Positions 50,670-64,000 of a DNA stretch of 64,000 bases are shown here, piece by piece; within the stretch, counting starts at the first letter, position 1, and each line of letters opens with the position of its first letter. A model generated the notes under the pieces. The model made no database searches. It was given only the letters and a program-made list of their open reading frames with translations, and was not told the origin of the DNA. Made by a program: the position numbers and the translations under genes. The stretch comes from Rhizophagus irregularis (taxonomy: Eukaryota). The stretch covers positions 5,766,001 through 5,830,000 of the forward strand of contig NC_089431.1 of NCBI RefSeq assembly GCF_026210795.1. The letters are read 5' to 3'.

Positions 50670-51350
50670 ATGAAGTTCGTTTATATTTGTTTCCTTAGCA
50701 CCTATATTATTGCTCTCTTCTTCAACATAGCTATATTTGCTCATCCTCATTGCGTCAGTACTATTACTGAGATAAAAACTATAACCCATCGTCCAAGAAC
50801 TACTACAACTATCACAAGGGTAATAATTATTAAAAATATTTTTTTTTTGTTTAATTGATGATTATTCATTTTCTTTCTCTTTTTTTTTATTTCAAAGAAA
50901 GTTACTACTACATCTGCTACAGTTAAAACTTCAACTACCTTCTACACCATAACTAATGCTTGTAAAAAACCTACCCCCACACCACCACCACCAGCTAAAA
51001 TTAAAACGGCACCGACACCTCCTCCTAAAGTTCCTGTTGCCATCGCTAAGATCAGCAAGGCCCCTCCTAAAGCTCCAACTCCAACAGCTAAAGCTAAAGT
51101 AGCTACAGTAGCTAAAGTAGCTGCTAAAGCTAAAGTAGCTACAGAAGCTAAAGTATCTGCTAAAGTAGCTACAGTAGCTAAAGTTCATTATGCTAAGACT
51201 GGTACGACGGCTAAAGTCATAAAAATTAAAACCGTAAAAAAGGTCACTATCCATAAAACAATTCAATCTGCTCCTAAAATAGTACACGTTAAAACAGTAC
51301 AAATTAAAACAGTTAAATCAGTTCATAAATCAAGTAGTGGTGGTTATTAG
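50670..51350 (+). CDS. Secreted basic K/A/V/T/P-rich protein, ~200 aa (exons 50670-50819, 50898-51350)
   Basis: Signal-peptide-like MKFVYICFLSTYIIALFFNIAIFA, TATATAA upstream, a phase-0 GT-AG intron, and an open second exon with PPPP and AKV repeats ending SSGGY*. Confidence 0.8.
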
Positions 51351-52659
51351 ATAAATCATCAATTTTTGTAAATAGTTTTTCCTTGATCTTTTAGAATGTA
51401 AATAATTATTTTATTAAAAATCTTGTACATAAAAATAGTTTTTTTTTCCTTAGATTAGATTTATTTTTTACATTCTTAAGATATTTTTTTTGTGAATTCT
51501 TTCCATCTTTTTTTTCTGTATTAATATGTATAATTTCGAGATTTCATTTAAATTGTTTAATAAATTAACAATTGAATTCTTGTAAAATCTTTAAATCATT
51601 ATCTTGAAATGTGGTTTTATTTTGTGTCACAATAACATGATTAATTTCGAAATACGCATAAAGGGAACATGATATTCATACGAATAAACTCGATTATGAG
51701 GATATTAACTATATGATCCGGTTTCATTTGTCCGAAACGGTTGAAAGTTTTGAAAGTTTATGTTGTCCACCTTCCGTGATGCTCAATTTTTGAACGAAAA
51801 AAATGGATATTTCCTTGTGAATTTGTGTAACCACAGACAAATTATATTCATGTCATTTTTTCGTCAGCCAATAATAATTTCTTCGCCACAACGTTTTTGA
51901 CACAATCAGGTTTACGAGTAGTCACGACCGAAATTTGCGCTGGTAATTGATTTTTTTTTTTTCGCATAATTTGTCCCTGTCACCGCTGGTAAGTGTCTCC
52001 CAATAATTTACCTCTCGATCAAAAAATTTGCAGTAACAAAATATCGTTTAAGTCTGATCTCTTTTTTCCGCATCCTAAAAACACAAAAGTTCCTGAAAAT
52101 ATTTGAGTTTCGTGATCCCATCCTGTGGTGGCTTCTCTTGGGACTTTCAAGCCTCAGATGCTTTGAAAGAAAACTTAAGGAAACAATTCACGAGAAAACA
52201 AAATTACTGATTTATTTAATTCTAGCAGAAGGAAAAACTCTCATTTCACAATTGTCTCAAGGAGAAATTGATAGCTCTCATGGTAATCAAATACTTAATG
52301 CCAGCAGATTTCTTTTTTTTTCAGTCCCCTATACTAATACTTTTTTTTTAAAAAAAAAAATTTTTAAAGAACTAGTTAATATCACGTGAGAAGAAAAAGC
52401 ATATGATCGGATTATCTGATCGATTTTTTTTTTTATATGATGGTTTAAAAAATCGTTTTCACAATAGAATTTTCAAATTCAAATTCTGAGTGATTCCATA
52501 TTATTAAATATAGAGCGCTTTTCTATAGAAATTGAATTGAAAGATAAGAGACTACTATATCGATAAAAAACGATAAAATTGTGAATTATAAAGACATTAA
52601 TTATTTTAATCAAGACTAAGTAACCGATTTCGTTCAACTTGATTAGAAGAAAAATACTC

Positions 52660-53460
52660 AAATTCGCGTTCTACAACGAAACGCAGAAAAACTTCAAGGT
52701 GACGTCGACTAAAAGCAAATTTTACATTTACGTTTACTAAAATCATCAAACAAGAATTACAAGAAAAAAATGATCGTACAATCAGAATCCCTAATAATAA
52801 TCAATTGATAATTTGATCCAGTTTTATGATAAAATAGCAAGTTACGTCATTATCAATAGAACCCATTCAAAATAACGATCAAGTGCATTCTTCAACGTAT
52901 TTTCAGCACATCAAATGGAGTTTATTAGAATATTACCATCTCAATCGAAATCAGAAACATTCAAAATAAACGAACGATTTCATATCGAAATCACCAAATA
53001 TACAAATAAACGTGACCTCCAAACCATTCTTCAAGAAAGTTAGCACAAACATTATCAATTCGAATAGGATAATTTCCAACCGTACATTCTATAAAGTCAA
53101 CAAATATTAACCGAAATGCCACAAATAGAAACAGCTCATTTAAACAAATCCATCAAACTGCTCCAGACCATACCATCTATAGCGATAATATATTTGCTTA
53201 TATGAATAAAGAAATAGCTGACCTCAAGGTTCTGAAAAAAGACAATGAAGAATCTAAAACAATCTGAAATTCATAAATAATGAATTAACATAAAACAAAA
53301 CCATCAATCTACAAAACAAGATATCGTAGCTATCAAAAATACCATAACAAACCACATCCTTCAAATTAACTCTACTAGACACCCTAGTTACAATTTTCCG
53401 CATAAAACTCGAACTATCACTAATCATCTTATCAAATTCCTCATAGAATTTCATCAACAA
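52660..53460 (+). pseudogene. Decayed coding remnant, possibly retroelement (gag-like) derived
   Basis: C/A-skewed strand with broken reading frames (EITKYTNKRDLQTILQE, EMPQIETA); the family assignment is tentative. Confidence 0.3.
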
Positions 53461-54753
53461 AAAAAATCAACATTATAAAAAATCGTAATCAACACATAAA
53501 TAAGGCATTTATCGTCTTTGGAGAAAATAACATAATCTTGTTCATTGTGATTAATATTTGTAGTCTCTAGATTTTAGTAAATATTAATATGGATTTACGC
53601 TTAAATTTTGATTTATTTATAAAAAATGATAGCAATAGATTTTTTTCACGCTATTTTTATAAATCGTATTTCAGCATTGTAAAAAATAAAGTTGAGAAAT
53701 TGATTTAATAATAATACTATGGTACTATTAGACTTATTTTCACGATCTGCTAAGTTCCGCCATCCCCGTTAGGATATTACCCTTACTAGTCTTGTAACTC
53801 GTTCTGAAATAAATAAAATGAATGAGTGAATTGTATCATCTTTGTTGCCATACAGAATGCACACATCTATAGGACAGCATAACATACACGATAACCCGGT
53901 TCGACCGCACGCCATCACAAAACATAGTATGACCTATATATACAGGTAACACCAGACTCAATACGGTCGTTAAACCGCGAACTTTATCTGAAGTAACAAG
54001 TATAGCCATATCATATTTTGCCGTGAAACCACCAGATAAGAGTAGTTTCTCCCAATATTTCATGAAAACATGAGAGTAAGGTACATAACCTCTGCTTCTT
54101 AATGCAGATAAATATCTGGAGCCACGGAATGCATCTATGAAATACCAATGTAATATGTGACCCGGTGCAAGCACCCTGATAACATATCCAACAACTCAAC
54201 GAAACACTCATGCACTGTGACATTGATCTCTTCAAACTTCTTCTTTTGCGTACTTGAAGTGCTAGTTGACATTTTGAATTTTGGAATTTTAGAAACTTAA
54301 ATTTAAGATAAAATGGAATCGATACTTTTTATACTTAAATATTTAGCTTTTCTAGGAGCTGTAATGTCTTTTATTACATCAAGACCATTTAAAAATATAT
54401 TTGGATATATGAATTATTATTATGAAAAATCATTTAAGTCTATGAAATTGCATACACAAATTATCTGAATCATCACTTCAACTGTATCGTAATTGTATAT
54501 TTTTCAATTGCCGTTATCTTTCATCTCTTAGAATTTCATTAATTTAACTCGTTATTTGACATTTTTATTTTGACATTTTTACTTACATTATGATTAATCT
54601 TGAGGGTCGTTTTCATTATTTACATAAAATAAAATATAATAAAATATCAAAGACACATTTCTTTATTAATCAGTATTTATATGTTAATTTGTCATAAACA
54701 TAATAGTAAGTTATTGAACATGAATAATTTAATAAAATATAACTATTTCTCAA

Positions 54754-56698
54754 TTATTGTTTTTTAGGACCTATTCCAAAAGCAAATAGAAAAGCTAAAA
54801 TTAATAAAACAGACATACAATACCAAATTAAATGTGGGGAAGTCTTAACGAATATAGAATATAATCCATCAAATATAGGAGGAACAACTATACGAAGGAT
54901 TGAATCTATTACACTTATTGCACCTAATAATCGACCTATTTGAGACGGAGGAATTAAATTTGTCTGTAATGATTTTATTGCTGGTGTGGTTATTATACCT
55001 AATGCTGCTATTACAGTTGCTGTATTAAAATAATTTAAAAGATAATAAATTAGGATTAAATTATCTAAGAGTTAAACAAAATAATACATAATTGTTTTAA
55101 TTACCTCCGGTGAATACTGAACCAGTTGTTGCAAAACCATACATAATATGAGCCAATGTGTCAATTAAAAATATTATTCTAATAACCCAGACTTCGAAAA
55201 TTAATTCTTTTTTCATTTGTTCATCATCGTCATCCTTACATTCATTGCTATCATTAACATTGTTATCGTTAATATTCTCATCATTAACAACAATTCTTTC
55301 TCCTCTTTTCTCTTCCGTTTCTGTAATAAAATTATTGTCACCGTTATCATTCTGCCTATTATTATTTCTACCTTTTATAATTAGTTTTTCGAATTTTGTA
55401 AATAATGCAAGAATTGGTTTTTTGAATTTTACTATTGCAGGGTATATAATAAATAAAACAACCACTTTTGTTGCACCCATCATAAATACGAAATACCCTT
55501 GTTGTAATAATGACCATTTAAATACTAATGATGTATATAATACGAATACACCTGTAAAAGCCATTATAGAAGCTGATAATAAAGTATAACAAGCTGCCAA
55601 CATTAATGATGAATATTTGGTTGCAAAAGTAATAGGAATTTTATCATCATCATTTTGTTGTTGCGGGGGACGGAATACTAACAATGCTCCGAGTATTCTG
55701 TAAAGAAAAGAATGGATCCATGATTTTTGTCTTGATCTTATTTCTTGTTGACGTTTTAAATTTGATGCTAATTTTTCTTTTGATAAAGATTCAGGTAATA
55801 TAAAAATATAAAATAAAAATAACATAATATAAACTACAAGTATAACATAATTTACTGAGAGTAAATTATCTGTTACTTTTACTAGCCATGCTCCTATTAT
55901 TGGTCCTACTGCGAATCCTGCGAACATTGCTCCTTGTACCCATCCAAATACCACGCTCCTATTGAAAATCAAATTTATTAGGAAAATTAAGAAAAATAAT
56001 TTGATGACATAATGAATAACGTGCGTGTTTACCTTCTTGTTGGATGAGTACAATCAGTTGCGTATGCGTAACTTGCTTCAGACAATGCATAAAATCCGCC
56101 AGTTAATCCATCAATTAATGGTCCTATCAAGTAGCAATATATTCCAAATGTTTCTAAAAAGTTAGAAACAAATATTAAAACTAATGTGCTTAGGATTGTC
56201 CCTCCGCTTGATATTAATAAAGTCCTTTTTCGTCCTTTCCTATCTGATAATGTTCCAAGTGGCCCAAGAACAAATATAGCTAAATGATTAAATGAACCAA
56301 TTAATTAATCATTCATTTGAAAGAAGAAAGTACAATTTAGATCGAGGATCATTTTATTTACCTGGAATAGCGGTGCATAGATTTGTAGCCGCAAGAAATT
56401 TAGAAGTTACGGATTGTACATCAGGATTATTACATAAATTATCAGGACTTATTGGTTCAAGCGAAAAAGAAACTCCGGGGATATGTTTTTTAGAATAATA
56501 ATTATGACAAACTGCTTTTAGGTAAAGTTGTACTCCTGTTGCTACTGTTAATCCACCAGTTATCGCTATGATTATAAACATTGGTAATAACCAATACGCT
56601 GAAGCTGTTCTATACCAAGGTTTTTTATCAGTTGAAGAAGATGAAAGAGGTAAATGAGTTTCAACTTCAACATTATCAAAACTAGGTCGCGTATCCAT
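54754..56698 (-). CDS. Major facilitator superfamily transporter (SLC46/tetracycline-efflux-like); exons 56698-56362, 56279-56033, 55958-55105, 55019-54754
   Basis: MFS motif A GTLSDRKGRK, GFAVGPIIG, LPESL and IGRLLGA, many TM helices, in-frame GT-AG introns. Confidence 0.88.
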
Positions 56699-58335
56699 CT
56701 TATAGTTGATTATTCGTACTTGTATTTTTGAGTAAATGAGAAACAAATAAAATGAAATTATTTATACCTTGAGGATAAAAAACCAGGGTCCTTTTTTTTA
56801 AAAAAATTCTGACTTTTTGGACCTAATTATTTTATTTTAAAAGATAAGCTTATTCTATAAAAGTCAAATCTCCGTTTTAAAATTTTCACACGTAAACGTA
56901 AAAAAGTATACGCGAAAAAAAAAATAAACAAAGTTGAGGTAATTTTGTTTTTTTTGGAAATGAGATGGACGCTCAATTCCGTTATCACTTAGTAAGAAAT
57001 TTTTTTTTTTTTGGAGTTAAAATCTTAGTTACACAGAATCGATTTGAAATTTCGGAAAAAACGAGGATTGGCGTGAGAATTAAAGAGTGACACAAATCTT
57101 TATCTATGAAGAATAAGAAAGGAAAATTTTTAGTTCACATTACTTAATAAAAATTTGTTTTTTTCACCCAATTATTCCATATTTCGGATCATTACTTTAG
57201 CATATCTAAAAAAAAGCACTGATGATCACCCTGATTACACTTGATTATCGGTAAAGTTCGGATAGAGTGTCAAACTGTGGTTCGATTTTACCTGGCGATC
57301 ATCCGATCTTCCGGAGATAAAGTGGTGTTTTTGTAAAAGATGTACAGATAGATGTACAATACAAAAAATTTTTTTAAAAAAATGATTTAATAATTTATTT
57401 TAATAATGATCTATTACAATTAATACATTTTGCGAAATAAATAAATAAAAAAAAAAAATAAAATAAAATAAAATAAAAAAATCCTTTTTTTCTAATTCAA
57501 ACATTTACTGATATAAGAAAATGCATCCCAAAACATATTTTATACTAAAAAAAAAATACAAATATATATATATATATATTTTTTCCATAAACATATAAAT
57601 ATAATCAAGTTAAAAAGAAAATAATTAATTACAAAAGCTTTCGCAAATACCGAACCTGCGGCTCTCATAAACAAAAGCAAAAAAAGAAACGAAAAAGTAT
57701 ATATATTTATATATGACATGATGTTAATAATAATAAAATAAAATAAGATAAAATAAAATAAAAAAAAACATATAGATAAACAAATATGTATTATATAATG
57801 TATAAGATGTGTGTGAAGTAAAAGAAAAAATGTACCCTCCTACAACTATAAGTAGAAAATTTGAATACAAAGAGTCCCATCAAATATTCAAATGACCCAC
57901 ATTAAAAGCGAGCATGTAGTTTTATATTTTATATATATGAAGAATAAAAAAAAGCATAATCTTGAATTCAAAAAATAGATTTGTAGGTTTTGTTCAGCAA
58001 CTTCGATAAAAGAGAGCTCCATAATCCCACAAAAAAAATTGTTACCCAATTATATTCTCTACTCTATCCAAAAAATTAAAAGAGTATTTTGTTGCAGAAC
58101 AACTTTGGTATTTGCTATAAAAATAAATATATATATATAAGAAAAAGTGTTTTTTTGGTTTACTATATAATAAAGTCTTTTTTTTTTTTGATACAATGCA
58201 TATTAGAGACGAAAGTTAATACATCGTCCATGATTTTTGTGAAAAATGATAAGGTAATTCAGAGAAAATGTTTATAACAAATAATAGTCCTTCAAATAAT
58301 AACTGTTCTTGGATATTCTTTTTTTTTTTCATTAA

Positions 58336-61300
58336 TTATTCTGATTCTTCATTTTGACTACCAGCGCTATCATTCCCACTTCCACCGTTCAAATTAATGT
58401 TCGTGTTATTTGGACTGCTTTCAGTTATTGGCGGTGGCAAATTAGCATAAGGGTTTGTAGTTACCACACCTGGACTTGTTGGTCCAACTAATGGTGCAAT
58501 CCCGTCTTTCCTCATTTCAACTTGTCGCTTATCATAAAACTCAAAATCATCCAATATTGACGTTTTACTGCGATATTCGTAAAATATCTTCAACATCTCA
58601 CGGCCAGGTTCCGGATATAATTCCTGAGTATCACGACTATTAGTAACTGGTTTATTCTCGTTGTTTCTATAAGCAATAATAATATAATAACGAATTAATG
58701 TAAGAAGAAAGAAAGAAAGAAATAAATAAATAAATGGTAGTAATAGAAATAATACTTACACTACTCTTATGTGTCTTAATTGACCATTAGGAATATCTTT
58801 TACAAAAATCCATTTGACTTTAAAAACACCTTTCCATTTGTCTTGAGCCCAAACACTACTGCTGGTGGTGTAATCAACAGGAGTAAGCATTTGTGCCATA
58901 CCACAAAAATGACCACTGTATATTGTCAATAATAATGATTACGGTATCGTTAATTCATTTCATACCATCAATAATTATGATTCATAAATTAGTATGTGCT
59001 TACCTAGCATTGACACTGAAGAATAAATAAATCGGTCCTTTATCAGCACTTTCACGAAAGGCTTTATCTAAGCGTCGATTTCCAATTTCAGTGCTTGCCC
59101 AAATATCATACTATTATTAAATAACAAATTTTGTAGTCCGTTGCAACAATAATCATTTGCGATAATATCACTATAACTTAGTATTAATAATTTCAAACCT
59201 TTAAAGATTTGTGGACATCATCTTCAGTATATGACTTAATAACAAAATATCTTGCCTAATTTAATAATATTTTAAATAATTAATTAATATATTGGAAAAA
59301 AAAGAAAAAATGTCTTGAAAATAAAGATGATCTTACATGATTTGGTTTACAGTTAAATATCTTGGGGTTATATCCCCTAGCCGAGACCCATGATGACATA
59401 TCTTTCTTTACCCCTGGTGTGGTCGGAATAGGGAGAGGACCTAAACCATTTGGAGTTGGAAGGCCTGCGTTCGGTGTAACAAAAAGGTTGCTCATACCAT
59501 TACCTGAAGGTGTTCCAACAATCTTTGCTTTACCAGGCCACGCACCAGTAGGTGCAGACATCGGCCTAGACGCATAAGTTGAAGTTGGTGATACTGCAGA
59601 TGATGGTGAAATTGCAGCACTACAAGCTCCAACTGCTGTACCAAGTACTTCTGGTGAAGTATTTACGGGAGGTGGTTTAGGGGCAGTTTTGGCAATAGCG
59701 GCCCAACTTAATTGGGATTTTTGCTTGGGGACTGAAGATCCTGATACTTGAACCGCAGAAAGATCCGGTGATGTCACTTTACCTACGTCATTACCATTCG
59801 CATTACCTATACTAATATTGTTCAATGAAGTTGTTAAATCAGCAATTGAATGATTGCTCATAGCATTTCCTGACATATCCTCTCTTAATAAAATATTTTG
59901 ATTCGCATTAACGCTTGCTAAGGTTGGAGAAATAAGACCATAATGTTCAATATTTCTATCAGCATTAAGCGGTGGAGAAGTAATTATACTTCCAGATCTC
60001 GGTGACGTTGGACTACGATAACCTTCTAACCCAGGAGGGGCAGATAAAATTGGTGTTTGAAGACCACGAATGTCTAATTTTAACCCAAAGTCCTTATTCT
60101 CTTTATATTTCCCTGTATCACGTTGTGATGGTATGATATCATCATTACTAGAATCATATAATGCCATGCTTCCACTAATACCATCATCGGAATCCCTATT
60201 TCCATCTAAACGTCGACGTTGAGAACCCTCTGAAGCTACAGATGTACTCCAAGACGGAAGACGAAATGGTGAAGAATTATCTGATTGCGTTTGTTTTTGC
60301 TTTTGTTTAAGTTGTTGAATAAGTTGCTGTTGTTGTTGCAATTTTTGCTGCATTTGTATGTGAAGTTGTTGTTGTTGATGCGATTGTTGAGATTGTTGTT
60401 GCTGTTGTGATTGAGATTGAGATTGTTGTTGTTGCTGCTGCTGTTGTTGTTGTTGTTGTTGTTGTTGTAAAGCGTTACCGAATGACCTAAAAATTTGTGG
60501 TTGTGGATAATAACTAGTTGGAGAAGATGGTGTTACAACATTCGAAGATGTAGTTGGTTCATAATAATCTAAAGGACCTCCCAATCCGTGCTCAAATTTT
60601 GCATGACTATTGTCATCTTGAATAAGGCCATTGCCTTGAACATTATTTACACTAGATGATCTTTTAATGTTTGTCCCGAACAACCCACCATTATAACCTG
60701 TATATTGATCATTATTTTGCTGCATTTGAGATGAGAAGTTATTGTTCAATGCATGTACAGATGAAAAATTAGCTAAACTTTGAGAGATTGACGGTATCCA
60801 AGGTGAAGCCGTAGCATTAGGAGTGTAAACACTGTTATTGAGTTCGCTTTGTGATGGCAATGTTGCAGATCGCAAAGGCTTATAAACAATGGATTCCTTT
60901 GATAAAAACAAACGAAATTAAATGTTATTTCATATCTATAAAAAAAAAAAATTTATTCCCGTAAAGTATTTAAATAGATATTAAATATTCTTCAAAATCA
61001 TTTATGATGAACTAATATTTTTTTTTCTTTTTTCCTTTTTTTGTCGCATTTTAACGAACCTTTGGCGAATCTTCAAGTCCGGGAGTCCGCATCGCTTTCT
61101 CCCAATCATGATCATCTTTTTCGGATAATGTATACGAATTTTTAATAAAAGCAGACTCAAAATAAGAATTATCATAATTTCCTGTATAAAAAAATGATTC
61201 GTTTTGATTTGATTAAAATTAATTGATCTAATCATAATAATGTTTTTTCATTAATCAAATGAACTTAATTGAAACCTTTCCCATACCTCCAAAACCAGAA

Positions 61301-61914
61301 TTATTTTTATTAGCTCGTGGAGAAGGTGAAGTTGCAAGAAATGAACTACCATAGGTATTATATAAATTTTGATAATCTTCACCACCATGGACACTTTGAG
61401 GTATTACTGAAATACTATTACTACGACCAAACCCTGAACCTACTGGAATAGGAGCATTATCTGAGGCGTGATTAAAAGGAGTTCTATTGTTGTTATTATA
61501 ATCACCACCACCAGGATTCCCTGATACACCGTTATTTAAATTATTAAACCCAGGTGGCATTTTTACTGGGGAAAATTGTCCAAGATTTGAGAAACCAGTC
61601 AGCACACCCAAATCAGTTTTTATATTAGAATTCATGATTCTTTGTTGATGACCAGTAACAAAAGCTTCGTTACCAAAACTATGTACGTTGTTCCCACTTG
61701 AATTTGAAGCAATAACTCCACTTCCCGAAGAACCACGATTTATTGATTCCCAATCTTTTTCAGATGTTTTATATGTCTGACTACCATTTACATCCGTTTT
61801 TTGTGAAGACTGTCGCACGTCGTTTAGGGGTAGATTAATTGAATGTTCCATGTGTGGTACTCCTTGCAACCCGGGCGAATTTGAATTAGTGGGTTGTCGA
61901 TGTTCGTTAGCCAT
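58336..61914 (-). CDS. YTH-domain m6A reader (YTHDF/Pho92-like) with a long Q/S/N/P-rich disordered N-terminus; about 7 exons
   Basis: Spliced YTH domain [26 protein letters not shown]...[15 protein letters not shown]...WAQDKWKG...[12 protein letters not shown] with intact aromatic cage. Internal exon 61181-61060; polyQ tract. Confidence 0.92.
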
Positions 61915-63299
61915 AACTAAGCACTAAAGTATCAAGTATATACTAGTTATTATACGGACCTTATCATTTCTCACTGCGTCCACTGAAGTTGAGCCGACTG
62001 CGGGATAAACTAGAACTAGCCAATCAAAAAATAGCTAATGTCATCATTTTAAAACTAAATTTTTTTTTTTTTGATACACGTGAAATGAGAAATTTAAAAT
62101 CATTTTTAAAAGTTTTTTTTTTGCAAAATAATTTAATAATTTTACGATTATGCGATATTAAAGTAGCAAGAAAGTTTTTTTTTACGAAAATTAATTGCTG
62201 TAAGTAAAAAATTTTTAGACCCTCTCCTATCAAGATAAAATAGGATTCCAAACAGAAGTTATAATTGATCGGCAGCCAAAAAAAAAATAATTACACATGG
62301 TCCGTCTATTAAAGAAAGTTGGCTCAATAAAAGAACTTTCAAGGTCATAATAATTTTGTTATTATTTCCACAATAAAATAAATAATAATTACTTTTGATC
62401 TATTTCAAAAATTAATATAATTGGTAAAGTAAATTTTATACATATTTGATTTACTCAAGTTTTTTTATTACTAATACATATAGCACTTTTAAATAACTAA
62501 TAAACCTATAAAATATCATAATATATTAAAAAATTTGAAATAGATCATTTATTTCTTTTAAACAATGTCATTTTTCAATATACAGTATATGTACTTATTT
62601 ATAATACTACCATTCTAAAATAACCACGATAACCACGTGAGCATAAATATGTCCATATTTCGGTCGGAAAGGAATAAAACTCCAGTTGGTTAGGAATAAT
62701 CGTCGTATCAAGTTCAGATAAAGTTAGGCAACACATGGCGCTAATACGCTAATATAATTTTATTGAGTTGTACAATTGATTGTTCTTGATTCAACATCGA
62801 TAGCATATAAAAAAAAATTCTGTTTGAAAGATAACTTTTATAATATAAATAAATAGATTTTAATAAATAAATAGATTTTAAAAATATTTTTCTGTCCCAA
62901 GTTGTCAACGTTTTATCTTTCAATCTAACAATAATACTCATGTTTTCAACACTTACTTCCTTCATACATCACTTTTTTGAATTTCCAAAAAAGCTAATCG
63001 TATTACAAAATGTTTGCTGTCGATCCAATGGTGACATTTTGGTACTACATATTTATATACTAGGCGCAAGTTGAATTTTCAATTCATCTTATACTTTTTT
63101 CTCGTTATGAGCATTATTTCTAAATTTTTGTATATAAAGTTCCCTTTTGGCAGTTTCTGAAGTTGTATAGTTCCAATGTCATTTTAAGTGTAAAATATAA
63201 AAAGTTATTGTTTTTTTTTTTATTAAGAAACTGAATTTTCCTTTTGAAACCCGAAAATAAAAGTCGCCTTTACTTTTTATATATACGTTTCTTTCCTTG

Positions 63300-64000
63300 A
63301 TGTCAAAATTATCATATAGATTCTTTCACACTATCACAATATTTGCTTCCATTCTACATTCACTACACGGTCTTCCGACAGATGTTTCAATACCGCATAA
63401 TAAATATGATCAAATTCCTTTAACAGATGAAGAATTTGGATGGAAATTAGGTGTGATTGTAGTTTTGGTGATGTTAGGTGGAATCTTTGCTGGTACGTTA
63501 TTATATACAATGATTTCATTCTTTAACTTAATTATTAAATATTTGTTTAAACATGAGTTAAACTTTTTTTTTTTGATCTTCAAAGGTCTTACAATTGGAC
63601 TTATGGGCTTAGATGAGACTAATTTACAAGTATTGATGGTAGCAGGTGAATATGATGAAAGGAGACACGCTAAAAAAGTAATGCATCTTTTGCAAAAAGG
63701 AAAACATTGGGTATTGGTCACTTTATTACTTTCAAATGTGATCGTAAATGAGACTTTACCGATCATCTTTGATTCTGTGTTTGGTGGTGGATGGCCTGCT
63801 GTATTATTATCTACTGCATTGATCGTTATTTTTGGAGAGTATGTATAACTCGTATATTTATAATATAAATATTTATATATAATCTATTAATTCTCAATTT
63901 AATTAACTTTTTTTTTTTATTTAAAGAATTATTCCACAAGGTACTATATATGTTTAAAAAATTTCATATATACATTTATATACGAAATATCTGAATTTTT
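63300..64000 (+). CDS. MAM3: CNNM/DUF21 (Mam3-like) membrane protein, 5' part (exons 63300-63492, 63586-63838, 63927-63940...)
   Basis: Signal-like N-terminus, [47 protein letters not shown]; runs off the window. Confidence 0.85.

Noticed and set aside
50931..51302. 123-aa minus-strand S/Y/F-rich ORF
   Set aside because: Antisense shadow of the AKV-repeat exon of the secreted protein.
53836..54272. GC-richer minus-strand segment with protease-like words (CTGSHIT, YDMAILV)
   Set aside because: The motifs lie in different frames with stops and no complete catalytic set; it may be a decayed gene but cannot be named.

Overview
Very AT-rich, intron-containing eukaryotic DNA. Its gene and repeat content points to an arbuscular mycorrhizal fungus (Glomeromycotina); this is inferred from the TKL kinase type, the FAR1/MULE, hAT and CACTA families and an origin-binding-protein-like gene. 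Left arm (1-16.5 kb): a degenerate Sen1/Upf1-type SF1 helicase, a TKL kinase lacking the DFG aspartate, a low-complexity coiled-coil gene, and a multi-TM TKL kinase whose 3' end is built from tandemly duplicated micro-exons carrying MITEs. Centre (16.5-45 kb): a transposon cluster. It holds a ~13.8-kb CACTA/EnSpm element (3-bp TSD; transposase with one nonsense codon; two paralogous Arg/Ser/His-rich accessory genes), a decayed FAR1/MULE gene with nested MITEs, and a 3.25-kb hAT element. It also holds a one-ended CACTA arm with ~19 apparently non-coding micro-exons (seven near-identical 130-bp exon+intron units), and a broken in-frame OTU/vertnin-like protease-AEP primase-SF2 helicase ORF. Right arm (46-64 kb): an unknown TM protein, a basic secreted protein missed by the ORF track, an MFS transporter, a YTHDF-type m6A reader and the 5' part of a Mam3/CNNM gene. 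The spliced micro-exon array is the best candidate for an undescribed system. All exon boundaries were read by eye and no database searches were run.
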